From NCBI GenBank assembly GCA_048938005.1, contig JBHLMQ010000029.1:1-39743 (forward strand): a stretch of DNA of 39,743 nt, written 5' to 3'. The translations under genes were made by a program, and so were the position numbers. Positions 10,035 through 19,382 of the stretch are shown piece after piece (position 1 is the stretch's first letter; each line of letters begins with the position of its first letter). This stretch comes from Promethearchaeota archaeon. Lineage in GTDB: Archaea > Asgardarchaeota > Lokiarchaeia > Sigyniarchaeales > SOKP01. The notes beneath the pieces are model-generated. The model saw only the letters and a list, made by a program, of their open reading frames with translations. It had not been told where the DNA came from and searched no databases.

Positions 10035-10652
10035 TCATTCTTCTATGCGGTCTTTCCAAGAATCTTTTCTTGGTTCAGCTGTATCATCACGATATTTAGT
10101 CGATTGATATTCTGTGCTGGAAGAAATCTGAAAAGGAGATCCAGTACTTTGTTGAGGAGGTGAGACTATCTCCATAATTTCTTTTAATTCACTTTGCGTC
10201 TTTGTTTCTTTCCCTGTAATTCTTTTATAAATCTTTTTTATCCCGTATATTAATAAAGAAAAACCTATTGAAAAAATAAGGTAAATAGCAACCCAACCAC
10301 TGCCAAAAATTAAAAGTGGAAAAGGTAACAACCCACTGCTATAATCTGCATAAATAAATCCGAGAACTATAAAAATACCAATGAAAATCAGACATCTTAC
10401 ACATAGAGGCACCATTTGCTTCTTCATTATCTGTTTCATGAACCGGACTGATTCTTGTTGTAGCTCTGCCATTAACTGAAAATCACCTAAAAGTTGAGCA
10501 TTTTTCATACGTTCTCGAAGATTAGATGCCTTTTTCCTCATATCTCTTAAATTTCCTTCTCTTAATCCTAAAAAATAATTAAGAGATATCCCTAGCATTA
10601 TCATACCAATGGTTATGATCATAATTAGAATAATTATAACTATGTTTGACAT
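10035..10652 (-). CDS. EMC3/TMCO1 (DUF106, Oxa1 superfamily) membrane protein
   Basis: TM1, M/Q/K-rich coiled coil, TM2, LPFP loop, then GW..Y TM3. Confidence 0.8.
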   Translation of the reverse strand: MSNIVIIILIMIITIGMIMLGISLNYFLGLREGNLRDMRKKASNLRERMKNAQLLGDFQLMAELQQESVRFMKQIMKKQMVPLCVRCLIFIGIFIVLGFIYADYSSGLLPFPLLIFGSGWVAIYLIFSIGFSLLIYGIKKIYKRITGKETKTQSELKEIMEIVSPPQQSTGSPFQISSSTEYQSTKYRDDTAEPRKDSWKDRIEE

Positions 10653-10769
10653 TTTACAATCACTATATTAGGAAAAACATATTTAAAATTAAATTTTTTG
10701 AATCAATGTTTTTCTTTAATTAAGGTATTTAACCTTTTTAAAAAATCTAAGCATAAATATTTAGTTTTA

Positions 10770-11855
10770 TTATCTCAAATTCCCTTCTATAAATCCTTTA
10801 ATATATTTAGCATAAACCGTTTTCCAACGAGTTGGGATTGATGATGCTATAGCGCAGCCTAAACGGCAATTTTGGCAGAAATTATAATTATCATGCATTT
10901 TCTTTATTTCTTTTACTTTATGAGAATTATAAATTGCCGATATGGGGAATTTTAGAGCATTATAACTTACTATTGGATGAATTTTACAAGGATAATTAAT
11001 AAATCCGTCATGACTGATGAATAAATAAGCTTCAGCAACATGGCAGCGTAAAATTTTTTGGTTGTATTGTGGATATCCACCAAAACCTCCTTTCTCAACA
11101 ACCTCGACACTGATGGGATCAGTTAAAATATTGCTATATTTTTTTCTTAATACTCGAATTAGATTTGCCCAAGCAGAGATGTCTGGTATTATTTCATTAA
11201 TATTTTGAATTTGAAAACTTCTATTCGGGAAATCTCTTATAATATCTTCACATGGATATAATTCAATAGAACAGCTAAGTTTTTCAGCTAATTGGCAAAT
11301 ATCATCCAAAAGGAGGAGATTATCTCTCATAACTACTGTACTGATAATTACTTTAATATCATGCTTATTAGCTAACTTAATAGATTCGATAACTTTATCA
11401 AATACTTTAATTCCTCGCATTTTATTATGTAATTTTGCTGTAGGATAATCAAGTGAGAGTAAAATATAATCCAAACCTTCAATTTTATACTCTTTAAATA
11501 ATTTAGGTAATAAATATCCATTAGTAGCAATACCATTCATAAAATCATGTATTATTCCGGTGTGATAAATTAATTCTGGTAAATCTTTTCTTAATGTAGG
11601 TTCGCCCCCCGTAAAAGAAAGAGCTAGTACACCTAAATCAGCTATTTGATCTATTAAATATTTTATTTGTTCTGTAGTCATATCGGTACCTAAAATGGAT
11701 TCAGGTAAAGAATGAATTGAACAGAATGGACATTTCCCGTTACAACGCAAAGTTAATTCTATCTGTGCGGAATATGGAATTTTCAGATTAGTAAAATTAT
11801 TTAATATAAAGTTTCTAATGTATTGAATCCATTTGTTTATTCTCTTTCGAGGAAT
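10770..11855 (-). CDS. radical SAM protein with SPASM/twitch-type C-terminus (5' end extended beyond the ORF track)
   Basis: CNGKCPFC, FTGGEP, TNG; C-terminal C..PC and CQNC..C; the frame is open up to 11855. Confidence 0.88.
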   Translation of the reverse strand: MPRKRINKWIQYIRNFILNNFTNLKIPYSAQIELTLRCNGKCPFCSIHSLPESILGTDMTTEQIKYLIDQIADLGVLALSFTGGEPTLRKDLPELIYHTGIIHDFMNGIATNGYLLPKLFKEYKIEGLDYILLSLDYPTAKLHNKMRGIKVFDKVIESIKLANKHDIKVIISTVVMRDNLLLLDDICQLAEKLSCSIELYPCEDIIRDFPNRSFQIQNINEIIPDISAWANLIRVLRKKYSNILTDPISVEVVEKGGFGGYPQYNQKILRCHVAEAYLFISHDGFINYPCKIHPIVSYNALKFPISAIYNSHKVKEIKKMHDNYNFCQNCRLGCAIASSIPTRWKTVYAKYIKGFIEGNLR

Positions 11856-12129
11856 TTATATCTACACCGCATTTGACTTAGTAAATTTCTAATTAAGAAT
11901 TTAAAGTATGTAGAAATTAAAAATATAACTTAAAGATTTAATAATTGGTTTTTTTTTATAAATATCATTAATTAAGGGATTAATGAATTATTACATAGCA
12001 AATGAAGCTTATAATAAAACAAACGTGCGTTTAAGATCTCTCAATTCTGCTAAGGAAATCGTTTATGATATATAAAGAATAAAAAAGGTTAATAAAATTA
12101 GTTTTTAATTTTCAATACCGCAGAAAAGA

Positions 12130-12513
12130 TCAATACTCATATCCACACTGTTTACAGATATATTTTTTTCTGCATGTAATATGTTAGATATTACATTTTG
12201 CATATATCTTTACACCGCCCATTTGATGCAAAACTTGGCTTTTATCTTCGTGCGTTGTAAATGCAGTACTCCCACATTCAGGGCAAATCCGACGACCTTC
12301 AACTACAGGTTTCTCCTTTAATCGTGCTTCTTCTTCTTGTTTTTCGACGATTGCCGAAGGTTTAATTGTTATTGCTTCGGGAGAAGGAGCAGCGGAAGGT
12401 GTTGGTGTAGATGGTACAGAAGCGGCTGTTGTTGGTTCAAGTTTTAACAATTTGTCAAGTTTATCATTAATAGTTTCAAGCAAATTCAATACTTTTTGTT
12501 CAAATTCTGACAA
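12130..12513 (-). CDS. coiled coil-linker-Zn ribbon protein interrupted by a 30-nt stop-containing insertion (intron-containing gene or pseudogene)
   Basis: GAGGAG RBS before TTG at 12513; EGRRICPECG..DKS..IYAK, TAA at 12186-12184, then in-frame KKYICKQCGYEY ending in TGA at 12132-12130. Confidence 0.75.
12168..12197 (-). other. candidate BHB/BHL-type intron (30-nt hairpin)
   Basis: ATGTAATAT-ctaac-ATATTACAT stem, 3-nt AAA bulge, TGC/GCA central helix, exon-exon helix AGATATA/TATATCT; removal gives YAKKYICKQCG. Confidence 0.5.
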
Positions 12514-12680
12514 AAAAATTCTCCTCAAAATTATTTTTTAATAAATTCAATCTTTTTTACAAATTTAATCTAAGTTCGATTTTAAATATTTTAGTAAAAT
12601 GAAAGTAGGCAAAAAATCAATTCATAATAAATTTACAAAATATTGCATCTTTAAAAAATAGAAAATTAACTTTTAACTGT

Positions 12681-13130
12681 TCAAAAAGCTCTTCTACGTT
12701 TTTCACACTTTTCAAGAAAATCTAGCACAGATTCCCTAATTTCAACTGCTGGAGATATAAATTTAGTTTTACTTATATAAGAAATAGCATCTTGCCAGCT
12801 CCAAGTGGGATTTTTCTTCAGCAACCATGCAACAATTATACCCCCCGATCTCGAGATCCCCATTGAGCAATGAACCAAGACTTTTCCGTTATTTTTTAAA
12901 TGTTTATCCAGAAATTTTAAGATTTCTTCTAGATAATCATGTGGGACGTAAAAATCATCTGGAAATCCTTTATGTAAATAAGCAAAACCTAAGTGTGTAG
13001 GGTTATAAAGATTATCTTCCATTAAATTTACGATTGCAGTAATTCCTATTTTCTTTAATTTTTCAAAATTTAGTCTTGGCCAATATGCTCCAATATATAA
13101 GTTTTTATGAACCTTGTATATTTGATCCAA
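12681..13130 (-). CDS. dual-specificity protein phosphatase
   Basis: VLVHCSMGISRS (CX5R), LYIG and GITAIVNL motifs. Confidence 0.93.
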   Translation of the reverse strand: MDQIYKVHKNLYIGAYWPRLNFEKLKKIGITAIVNLMEDNLYNPTHLGFAYLHKGFPDDFYVPHDYLEEILKFLDKHLKNNGKVLVHCSMGISRSGGIIVAWLLKKNPTWSWQDAISYISKTKFISPAVEIRESVLDFLEKCEKRRRAF

Positions 13131-13255
13131 CTCAGAAATTAAAATCTACCTTAAAGAGCTAAAAAAATATCAAAAATTACAAATTAAGTTAATTTAAAAG
13201 AGTGAAAGATGATATCTAAAAATTAGGAATTAAATATCTCTATTTTATTATTTGG

Positions 13256-13654
13256 CTATTCTTTTACTATTAAATCTCTACTTGCAATAATATTGATATC
13301 AAGTCCCAATACATTTTCAATTAATATGTCTCCCATTTTAATAGGAGCTTTAAGTTTATTGAGGGCAATTTCTTTTAAGGTATCCTCTAATCTATCTTTA
13401 GGAATAGGTTTATCTGATCTCACAGGGATCAGTGGTAAAAAACCGTTTTCTACACGCATTGTTGTAGTAAGTATTCTTTTTGGAGATATAAATTCTTCTC
13501 TTGCATATTCTTCTCCTCTTTTACATGAATGCCCTTCAATAATTAATTCCCCATCGACATTTTCAACATGTACAAGGCAACCAGTAGGACAAATGATGCA
13601 TCTTATATCTTTAAATCCTTCAGGAAGTTCACTTTCATTAGTTTGTGTTGACAA
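13256..13654 (-). CDS. DUF1667 family CxxC protein, small partner of the G3P-dehydrogenase-like cluster
   Basis: CIICPTGC, CKRGEEYA and PKRILTTT motifs. Confidence 0.88.
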   Translation of the reverse strand: MSTQTNESELPEGFKDIRCIICPTGCLVHVENVDGELIIEGHSCKRGEEYAREEFISPKRILTTTMRVENGFLPLIPVRSDKPIPKDRLEDTLKEIALNKLKAPIKMGDILIENVLGLDINIIASRDLIVKE

Positions 13655-13675
13655 CTCTCATCACCTTTTTATTGA

Positions 13676-14974
13676 TCATTCTTCCTCGATTAAAACCTCT
13701 GGTCGAGGAATTACTTCAACCTCCAAGTTTTGACATGTTGGATCTATTTGTTGTTCACTTAAATTTAATTTTAATTCAATCATTTCGCTGGGAATAACAT
13801 ATCTCCTCTTTCGTTTGAATATAATTTTATTATTTTCATCTTTAAATTGAATTAGAAGTCTCCGATCAGGTCGCTTAACTCTAAGAGTAAAAATTATATC
13901 TTTAGATAGATCAGCTCGGTTAATCAAATCGGGTTTTACATAATTAACGTTTTCACCTGGATTGCATGTTATTTGGTCTTTTTTTTCAGGCTTTTTACTG
14001 TATTTTTCCTTAACGTATTCAACAGCATTTAATCCCGCTCTTTTTGCCTCTGCTGTTACCAGATCTACTAAATCATGGACCTGCAAAACATTTCCACAGG
14101 CAAATACTCCCTTTATTGTAATTTCCAAATTATTATCAACAACAGGTCCTCCCATTTGCGAGATTTCCGCTCCTGCCTCCCTCGTTAATTCATTTTCAGG
14201 GATTAATCCAACTGATAATAATAGTGTATCACATTCAATAAATTTGTCAGATCCTATAACCCTATCAAAATTTCTATCTACTTTTGAAATGGTTACCCCC
14301 TTAACTCTCTCCTTACCATGGATTTTTGTTACTGTATAACTCGTTATTAACGGAATTCCATAATCTTCTAAGCATTGTACTTCGTTTCTTATTAATCCAC
14401 TTACATAAGGTTGAATTTCTACAACAGCCTTAACTTGGCAACCCTCCCAAGTTAAACGTCGTGCCATAATCATACCAATATCTCCACTTCCTAAAATAAC
14501 ATAAGTTCTACCAGGTAAGTATCCTTCAATATTGACGAACCTTTGAGCCTGTCCAGCAGTATATATTCCAGCAGGTCTGAAACCAGGAATATTAATTGCA
14601 CCTCGTGTTTTTTCTCGACATCCCATTGCTAGAATTATTGCTTTAGCTTTAATCTCAATAAGGCCTTCTTTTTTATTTACAGCGTATATTGTTTTGTCTG
14701 GTGTAAATTCAAAAACCATTGTATCTAATTTATAAGGAATTTTCAATTCTTTAGCTTGATTAATAAATCTCTGAACATATTCAGGACCAGTTAGTTCTTC
14801 TTTAAACTCATGAAGCCCAAATCCATTATGGATGCATTGGAGTGTAATTCCTCCTAATTCTTTATCCCTTTCTATTATTAAAACGTCTAACTCAGCTTTT
14901 TTAACAATAATAGCAGCAGCTAAACCCGCAGATCCTCCACCTATTACAGCAACATCAACTTCATATTTCTTCAT
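13676..14974 (-). CDS. NAD(P)/FAD-dependent pyridine nucleotide-disulfide oxidoreductase
   Basis: IGGGSAGL, QCIHNGFG, AMGCRE, GSGDIG and ACGNVL motifs; 4-nt overlap with the upstream gene. Confidence 0.92.
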   Translation of the reverse strand: MKKYEVDVAVIGGGSAGLAAAIIVKKAELDVLIIERDKELGGITLQCIHNGFGLHEFKEELTGPEYVQRFINQAKELKIPYKLDTMVFEFTPDKTIYAVNKKEGLIEIKAKAIILAMGCREKTRGAINIPGFRPAGIYTAGQAQRFVNIEGYLPGRTYVILGSGDIGMIMARRLTWEGCQVKAVVEIQPYVSGLIRNEVQCLEDYGIPLITSYTVTKIHGKERVKGVTISKVDRNFDRVIGSDKFIECDTLLLSVGLIPENELTREAGAEISQMGGPVVDNNLEITIKGVFACGNVLQVHDLVDLVTAEAKRAGLNAVEYVKEKYSKKPEKKDQITCNPGENVNYVKPDLINRADLSKDIIFTLRVKRPDRRLLIQFKDENNKIIFKRKRRYVIPSEMIELKLNLSEQQIDPTCQNLEVEVIPRPEVLIEEE

Positions 14975-16440
14975 TCACTAGCACCTCTCAAAACATCTTT
15001 TAAAATGAAATGTTTTGTTTTCCCAACTAAAATATTTGTATCTTCTCCCCTCTTCGTAATTTCTTCATAAGGTTTATTCAGTTCTCTTGAAAGAATCTCA
15101 ATAACGCGAGGACGGCAGAATCCACCCTGACATCTGCCCATTCCTGGGCGACAACGGAATTTAACTCCATCTATAGTGTTAGCTCCTACAGGGGCATGAA
15201 TCGCGTTGATTATTTCTTTTTCGGGAATAGTTTCACAACGACAAATAATTCTGCCCCAGGTTGGATCTTCTTGTATTTTTTTATCAAGTTCGTCTTTAGT
15301 GAAATCTTTAAATCGTTCTGGTTTAGGGCGTATAGGGTTATAATCTTCCTTTACTTTTAATTCTACACCTAATAATTCAAGAAATTCAACTACTTTTTCG
15401 GCGATTGCAAATGTTGCTGTCAAACCAGGGGATAAAATCCCTGCAACATTTATAAAACCATAAACATCCGTATTATCAATTATAAAATCATAAGTGTCAG
15501 GAACAGCTCTTAATCCAGCAAAATTTCTAATCGAGCTTCTTGCGGGAATATTTGGAACTAATTTCATCCCACCTTCTAAGATTTCTTTTAAACCCGCAGT
15601 TGTTGTTGATATATCTTCACGATCAGTAATATTTTGGGCATTAGGACCAACAAAAGTATTTCCATGCAATGTAGGGCAAACTAATATTCCTTTTGAAACT
15701 TTTGTAGGGATAGGGAATAAAATCTTATTTAATTGAATCGCATTTCGATCAAAGAGTATATATTCGCCCTTTCTTGGCATGATACTGAAATAATCTAAAC
15801 CTAACATTTTGGAGATTCTTGCAGCATAAAGCCCTGCGGCATTAATGAGATTTCTCCCTTGAAATTCACCTTGATATGTTCTTACTGTAAAAGTATAATC
15901 TTGATGTTTGATTTTTATAACTTCATGGTTTCTGAAAAATTTTACACCATTCATAGCAGCATTTTCAGCTAAAGCGAAGGTTAATTCATATGGACTAGCA
16001 AGTCCAGCGGAAGGAGCAGATAAAACCCCAACCACCTCATCAGTTAAGTTCGGTTCCATTTTTTTTATTTTCTTCTTATCTAATATTATCTCCAGTCCAG
16101 GGATGCCATCCTCAGTACCTCTCCTTCTATCATCTTCTAATTGTTTAATCTCACTATCGTCTAATGCTATTACAAAGGAACCAATTCGTTTGAAAGGAAA
16201 ATTTAACTCCTTTACTGCTTGAGTGTATAATTTATTTCCTGTAATACATAAATGTCGCTTAATATATTCTCTAGGAGAAGCATATCCTGCATGAATTACC
16301 CCAGAGTTAGCTTTGGTAGTACCAGAAGCAATTTCCGCTTCTTTTTCTAATAAGCAAATCTTTAAATCATATTTTGAAAGTGTACGAGCTATACAACAAC
16401 CAGTAACGCCGCCTCCGATTATAATAATGTCGTAAATCAA
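14971..16440 (-). CDS. FAD-dependent glycerol-3-phosphate dehydrogenase-like protein (GlpA/LhgO family) with BFD-like [2Fe-2S] domain
   Basis: IIGGGVTG, TKANSGVIHAG, SPGLT, ICRCE and GRCQGGFC; typical three-gene order. Confidence 0.88.
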   Translation of the reverse strand: MIYDIIIIGGGVTGCCIARTLSKYDLKICLLEKEAEIASGTTKANSGVIHAGYASPREYIKRHLCITGNKLYTQAVKELNFPFKRIGSFVIALDDSEIKQLEDDRRRGTEDGIPGLEIILDKKKIKKMEPNLTDEVVGVLSAPSAGLASPYELTFALAENAAMNGVKFFRNHEVIKIKHQDYTFTVRTYQGEFQGRNLINAAGLYAARISKMLGLDYFSIMPRKGEYILFDRNAIQLNKILFPIPTKVSKGILVCPTLHGNTFVGPNAQNITDREDISTTTAGLKEILEGGMKLVPNIPARSSIRNFAGLRAVPDTYDFIIDNTDVYGFINVAGILSPGLTATFAIAEKVVEFLELLGVELKVKEDYNPIRPKPERFKDFTKDELDKKIQEDPTWGRIICRCETIPEKEIINAIHAPVGANTIDGVKFRCRPGMGRCQGGFCRPRVIEILSRELNKPYEEITKRGEDTNILVGKTKHFILKDVLRGASE

Positions 16441-16617
16441 TTACTCACTAACCTTTTATCTAATATTTTTGTAAAAATAACTTTAATAAATATTAAAATT
16501 TATTCTTAAAAAATATAAATACCTTTTAAATTTGTTAAAGAGAAAACAAATTTATTTAACAGATATGAAACTTTTTTATCATTTCTCTGGTCTTTCAATT
16601 AGCTCATTGTTGTTATT

Positions 16618-16941
16618 CTAAAAAATAAAAACCAAGAGAAACCAGATAAGATAAAAAATAATAGATGAAATTATTAAAATCTTTGTTAGGGGATTAAGTA
16701 ATGTGTTCTTTAATGATTTAGTTATCTTTAATTTAAGTTCGCTATCGATTAGATTTTCAATTGAATTACTCCGAGGACTTAATTGCTCTTTCAGATGAAT
16801 TGATCCTAAGAATCGTGGATTTGATAAATTTTTAATAGCACTCTCTAAATTATTCGAAGAGAGTAGAGGAATTTTATTAATGGGTGGAGCTTCTTTAAAT
16901 TCTAACTTAGCAGGAGATTTATTATTATCAGTGTCCGTCAT
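16618..16941 (-). CDS. hypothetical tail-anchored protein
   Basis: 107-aa ATG ORF with one C-terminal hydrophobic segment. Confidence 0.6.
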   Translation of the reverse strand: MTDTDNNKSPAKLEFKEAPPINKIPLLSSNNLESAIKNLSNPRFLGSIHLKEQLSPRSNSIENLIDSELKLKITKSLKNTLLNPLTKILIISSIIFYLIWFLLVFIF

Positions 16942-17086
16942 ACTTTTTTCCTAGTAAAATTAAATAAATTTTCCTTTCAATATTAAAGAATCAAATTATT
17001 CTTAAATTTTTTTCGATTATAGACTAAAAAAGATATAAATTGAATTTAAAGAAGAAAAAATATTACTTTAAAGATGTTTGAAATTT

Positions 17087-17476
17087 TTAGTTTGTTTCTT
17101 CTAATGAATCAACAATATGTTGCCTAAAATCAGCAAAAACCTTAATATTAATATTCCAACTATTTATAACCTCTTCTGGATAAACATTAAAGAATTTTTT
17201 TGAGATAGTTTTTAATTCACTTAGAACTTTTTTAGCTTTAACTTCATTTGATGAATTCGCGACAAAAAGGAAATGATTCTGCTTCACAATTGTGAAACGA
17301 ATATTGCTCAGTTCAAAATTCGAAATACCTCCTTCTGAAAGTGTTTCTGCAAATGTATTTATCGCACTCATCAAGGCTCCAAAAATTTGTGGATTTACTC
17401 TGGAATCAATTACTCGATTAAATATGGTTAAGCCACTCTCAGCTAAAATCCATATATCTCTTAAAACTTTTGGCAA
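17087..17476 (-). CDS. longin-like domain protein
   Basis: IWILAESGLTIF, QIFGALMSAINTFA, three beta strands, L..I..KF and VF.DF pattern. Confidence 0.8.
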   Translation of the reverse strand: MPKVLRDIWILAESGLTIFNRVIDSRVNPQIFGALMSAINTFAETLSEGGISNFELSNIRFTIVKQNHFLFVANSSNEVKAKKVLSELKTISKKFFNVYPEEVINSWNINIKVFADFRQHIVDSLEETN

Positions 17477-17636
17477 GGATTTCCACAGTATAATATTTTT
17501 TCATTATTAACAACATAAGATTTTATGTTTATTAAAATTACGATGTTATTGAAATAATATTAATTTCCGAAAGCATAAAATATAACTAAAGTTATTGTTC
17601 AAAATATTATTAAGCTTTAATGGTAAAATTTTAAAT

Positions 17637-19382
17637 ATGGAGCCTTATTATAATAAAATCTCTGAAGTATTATTAAAAAAGTTTAAAATAATTGTCGGAA
17701 AAGATTATTTTTTTGATGATTATGAAATAAGATGGACCTACGCTTTTGGAGGAGGAATATTTAACAAAGAGTGGGTTCCAGATTTAATTTTGATTACTCA
17801 AAATGCTAAACAAATTTCTGAAGTTTTAAAATTAGCAAATAAGAATAGAATTCCAGTAACTCCTCGGGGGAGCGGAACAAGTTTATCTTCCGGTTCATTA
17901 ACCCCTTATGGGGGAATAATTTTAGATTTAAGCCAAATGAAGGATATTCTTACAATAGATATTGATAATAATTTTGTAGAAGTTGAGCCTGGAGTAATTT
18001 GTGATGAATTAAATGAAATATTAAAACCATATGGTTATTTTTTTCCTCCAGATCCAGGTTCAAGTTCTGTAGCTACAATAGGGGGAATGGTTGCTAGTAA
18101 TGCTGGTGGCATCCAAGCATTCAAATATGGGGTTACAAAAAATTATGTCATATATTTAGAAGTTGTATTACCAGATGGAAAAATTTTGAATCTTGGTTCT
18201 AAAGTTTTAAAATCAGTATCATCTTATAATATCAAGGATCTATTTATCGGTTCTGAAGGCACATTAGGAGTAATTACAAAAATTGGTTTACGAATTAGAC
18301 CTTTGCCAAAAACTAGAAAATTAGGTATATTTATTTTTGAAAATGTTGATGATTTACAAGATGCTGTGTTAGAGTTAAGACGAAGTGGGATTGTCCCAAA
18401 TTTATTAGAATTTATGGATAAGCTTATTTTGAAAGCCGTTACTGAATATCTAGGTGGTGAGTTCTTCGATTTTCCAAATGGTTATGTACTATTAGCTGAA
18501 GTGGATGGAAACTCTATAAGAGAGGTTGATGAATCATTTACTATAATGTTTGATATAATAATCCAGAAAAATCCAATATTTCATAAGGTAGCGATGAGTG
18601 AAGAGGAACGAGAAAGATTAATCCTTGCAAGGAAAGCTAATCTTCCCGCTCTTTCGAGAATTAGACCAAATACTTGTGTTGAGGATTGTACGATCCAGAT
18701 TTCAAAATTCGCTGATATTATTAAAAAAATTGAGGAAATTCCTGAAAAAGTTAATGCCAAAAACTTATTAGTAGCAATTATTTGTCATATGGAGGGAAAT
18801 TTGCATCCTACATTCTTATTTAATGAAAATGATGAACAAGATGTTAAAGATTTCGAAAAGGCAATAGATTATTTATATAGACAAATAATAATACCCGCAG
18901 GGGGAACGTTAACTGGTGAACATGGAATTGGAAAAATAAAGACACCATTTCTTGAATTAGAACATGATTCTGAGGTAGTTGATCTGATGGTAAAAATTAA
19001 GAAGTTCTTTGATCCGAACATGATCTTGAATCCTGGAATTGGGAAAGGTGATCCTCGATCTTTAAATACCAAAAATCATAGCCGTACCTTAATAAAACAA
19101 TCTGATAAGATTTTAGAATTAAAGTGTATGAGATGTGGATTTTGTATCTCATGTCCATCAAGAATTAATTATATTTTAGAGGCATATAGTCCCAGAGGAC
19201 GTTTAAGTCTCTTAAATGGCTTAGTACATGGTGAATTAGAATTAAATGATTTAATAATTGAAGTATTGCAGACTTGTACTTTATGTGGACTCTGTCAAAC
19301 AATGTGTCCTGCGGGTGTTAATACAACTGAAATTTTTGAAAAAGCTAGAGAGATAATTCATAGAAAACCTAAAAAACAATGA
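17637..19382 (+). CDS. FAD-linked oxidase (GlcD/D-lactate dehydrogenase family) fused to a 4Fe-4S dicluster
   Basis: PRGSGTSL, FPPDPGS, GSEGTLG, GNLH, GEHGIG; CMRCGFCISCP and CTLCGLCQTMCP; ATG 17637 preferred over TTG 17595. Confidence 0.9.
   Translation: MEPYYNKISEVLLKKFKIIVGKDYFFDDYEIRWTYAFGGGIFNKEWVPDLILITQNAKQISEVLKLANKNRIPVTPRGSGTSLSSGSLTPYGGIILDLSQMKDILTIDIDNNFVEVEPGVICDELNEILKPYGYFFPPDPGSSSVATIGGMVASNAGGIQAFKYGVTKNYVIYLEVVLPDGKILNLGSKVLKSVSSYNIKDLFIGSEGTLGVITKIGLRIRPLPKTRKLGIFIFENVDDLQDAVLELRRSGIVPNLLEFMDKLILKAVTEYLGGEFFDFPNGYVLLAEVDGNSIREVDESFTIMFDIIIQKNPIFHKVAMSEEERERLILARKANLPALSRIRPNTCVEDCTIQISKFADIIKKIEEIPEKVNAKNLLVAIICHMEGNLHPTFLFNENDEQDVKDFEKAIDYLYRQIIIPAGGTLTGEHGIGKIKTPFLELEHDSEVVDLMVKIKKFFDPNMILNPGIGKGDPRSLNTKNHSRTLIKQSDKILELKCMRCGFCISCPSRINYILEAYSPRGRLSLLNGLVHGELELNDLIIEVLQTCTLCGLCQTMCPAGVNTTEIFEKAREIIHRKPKKQ

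Noticed and set aside
12181-12189. Stop-codon readthrough as the explanation of the split Zn ribbon
   Set aside because: The stop is TAA, not a Sec or Pyl codon, and readthrough would leave 10 extra residues inside a motif that is ungapped in the paralog.
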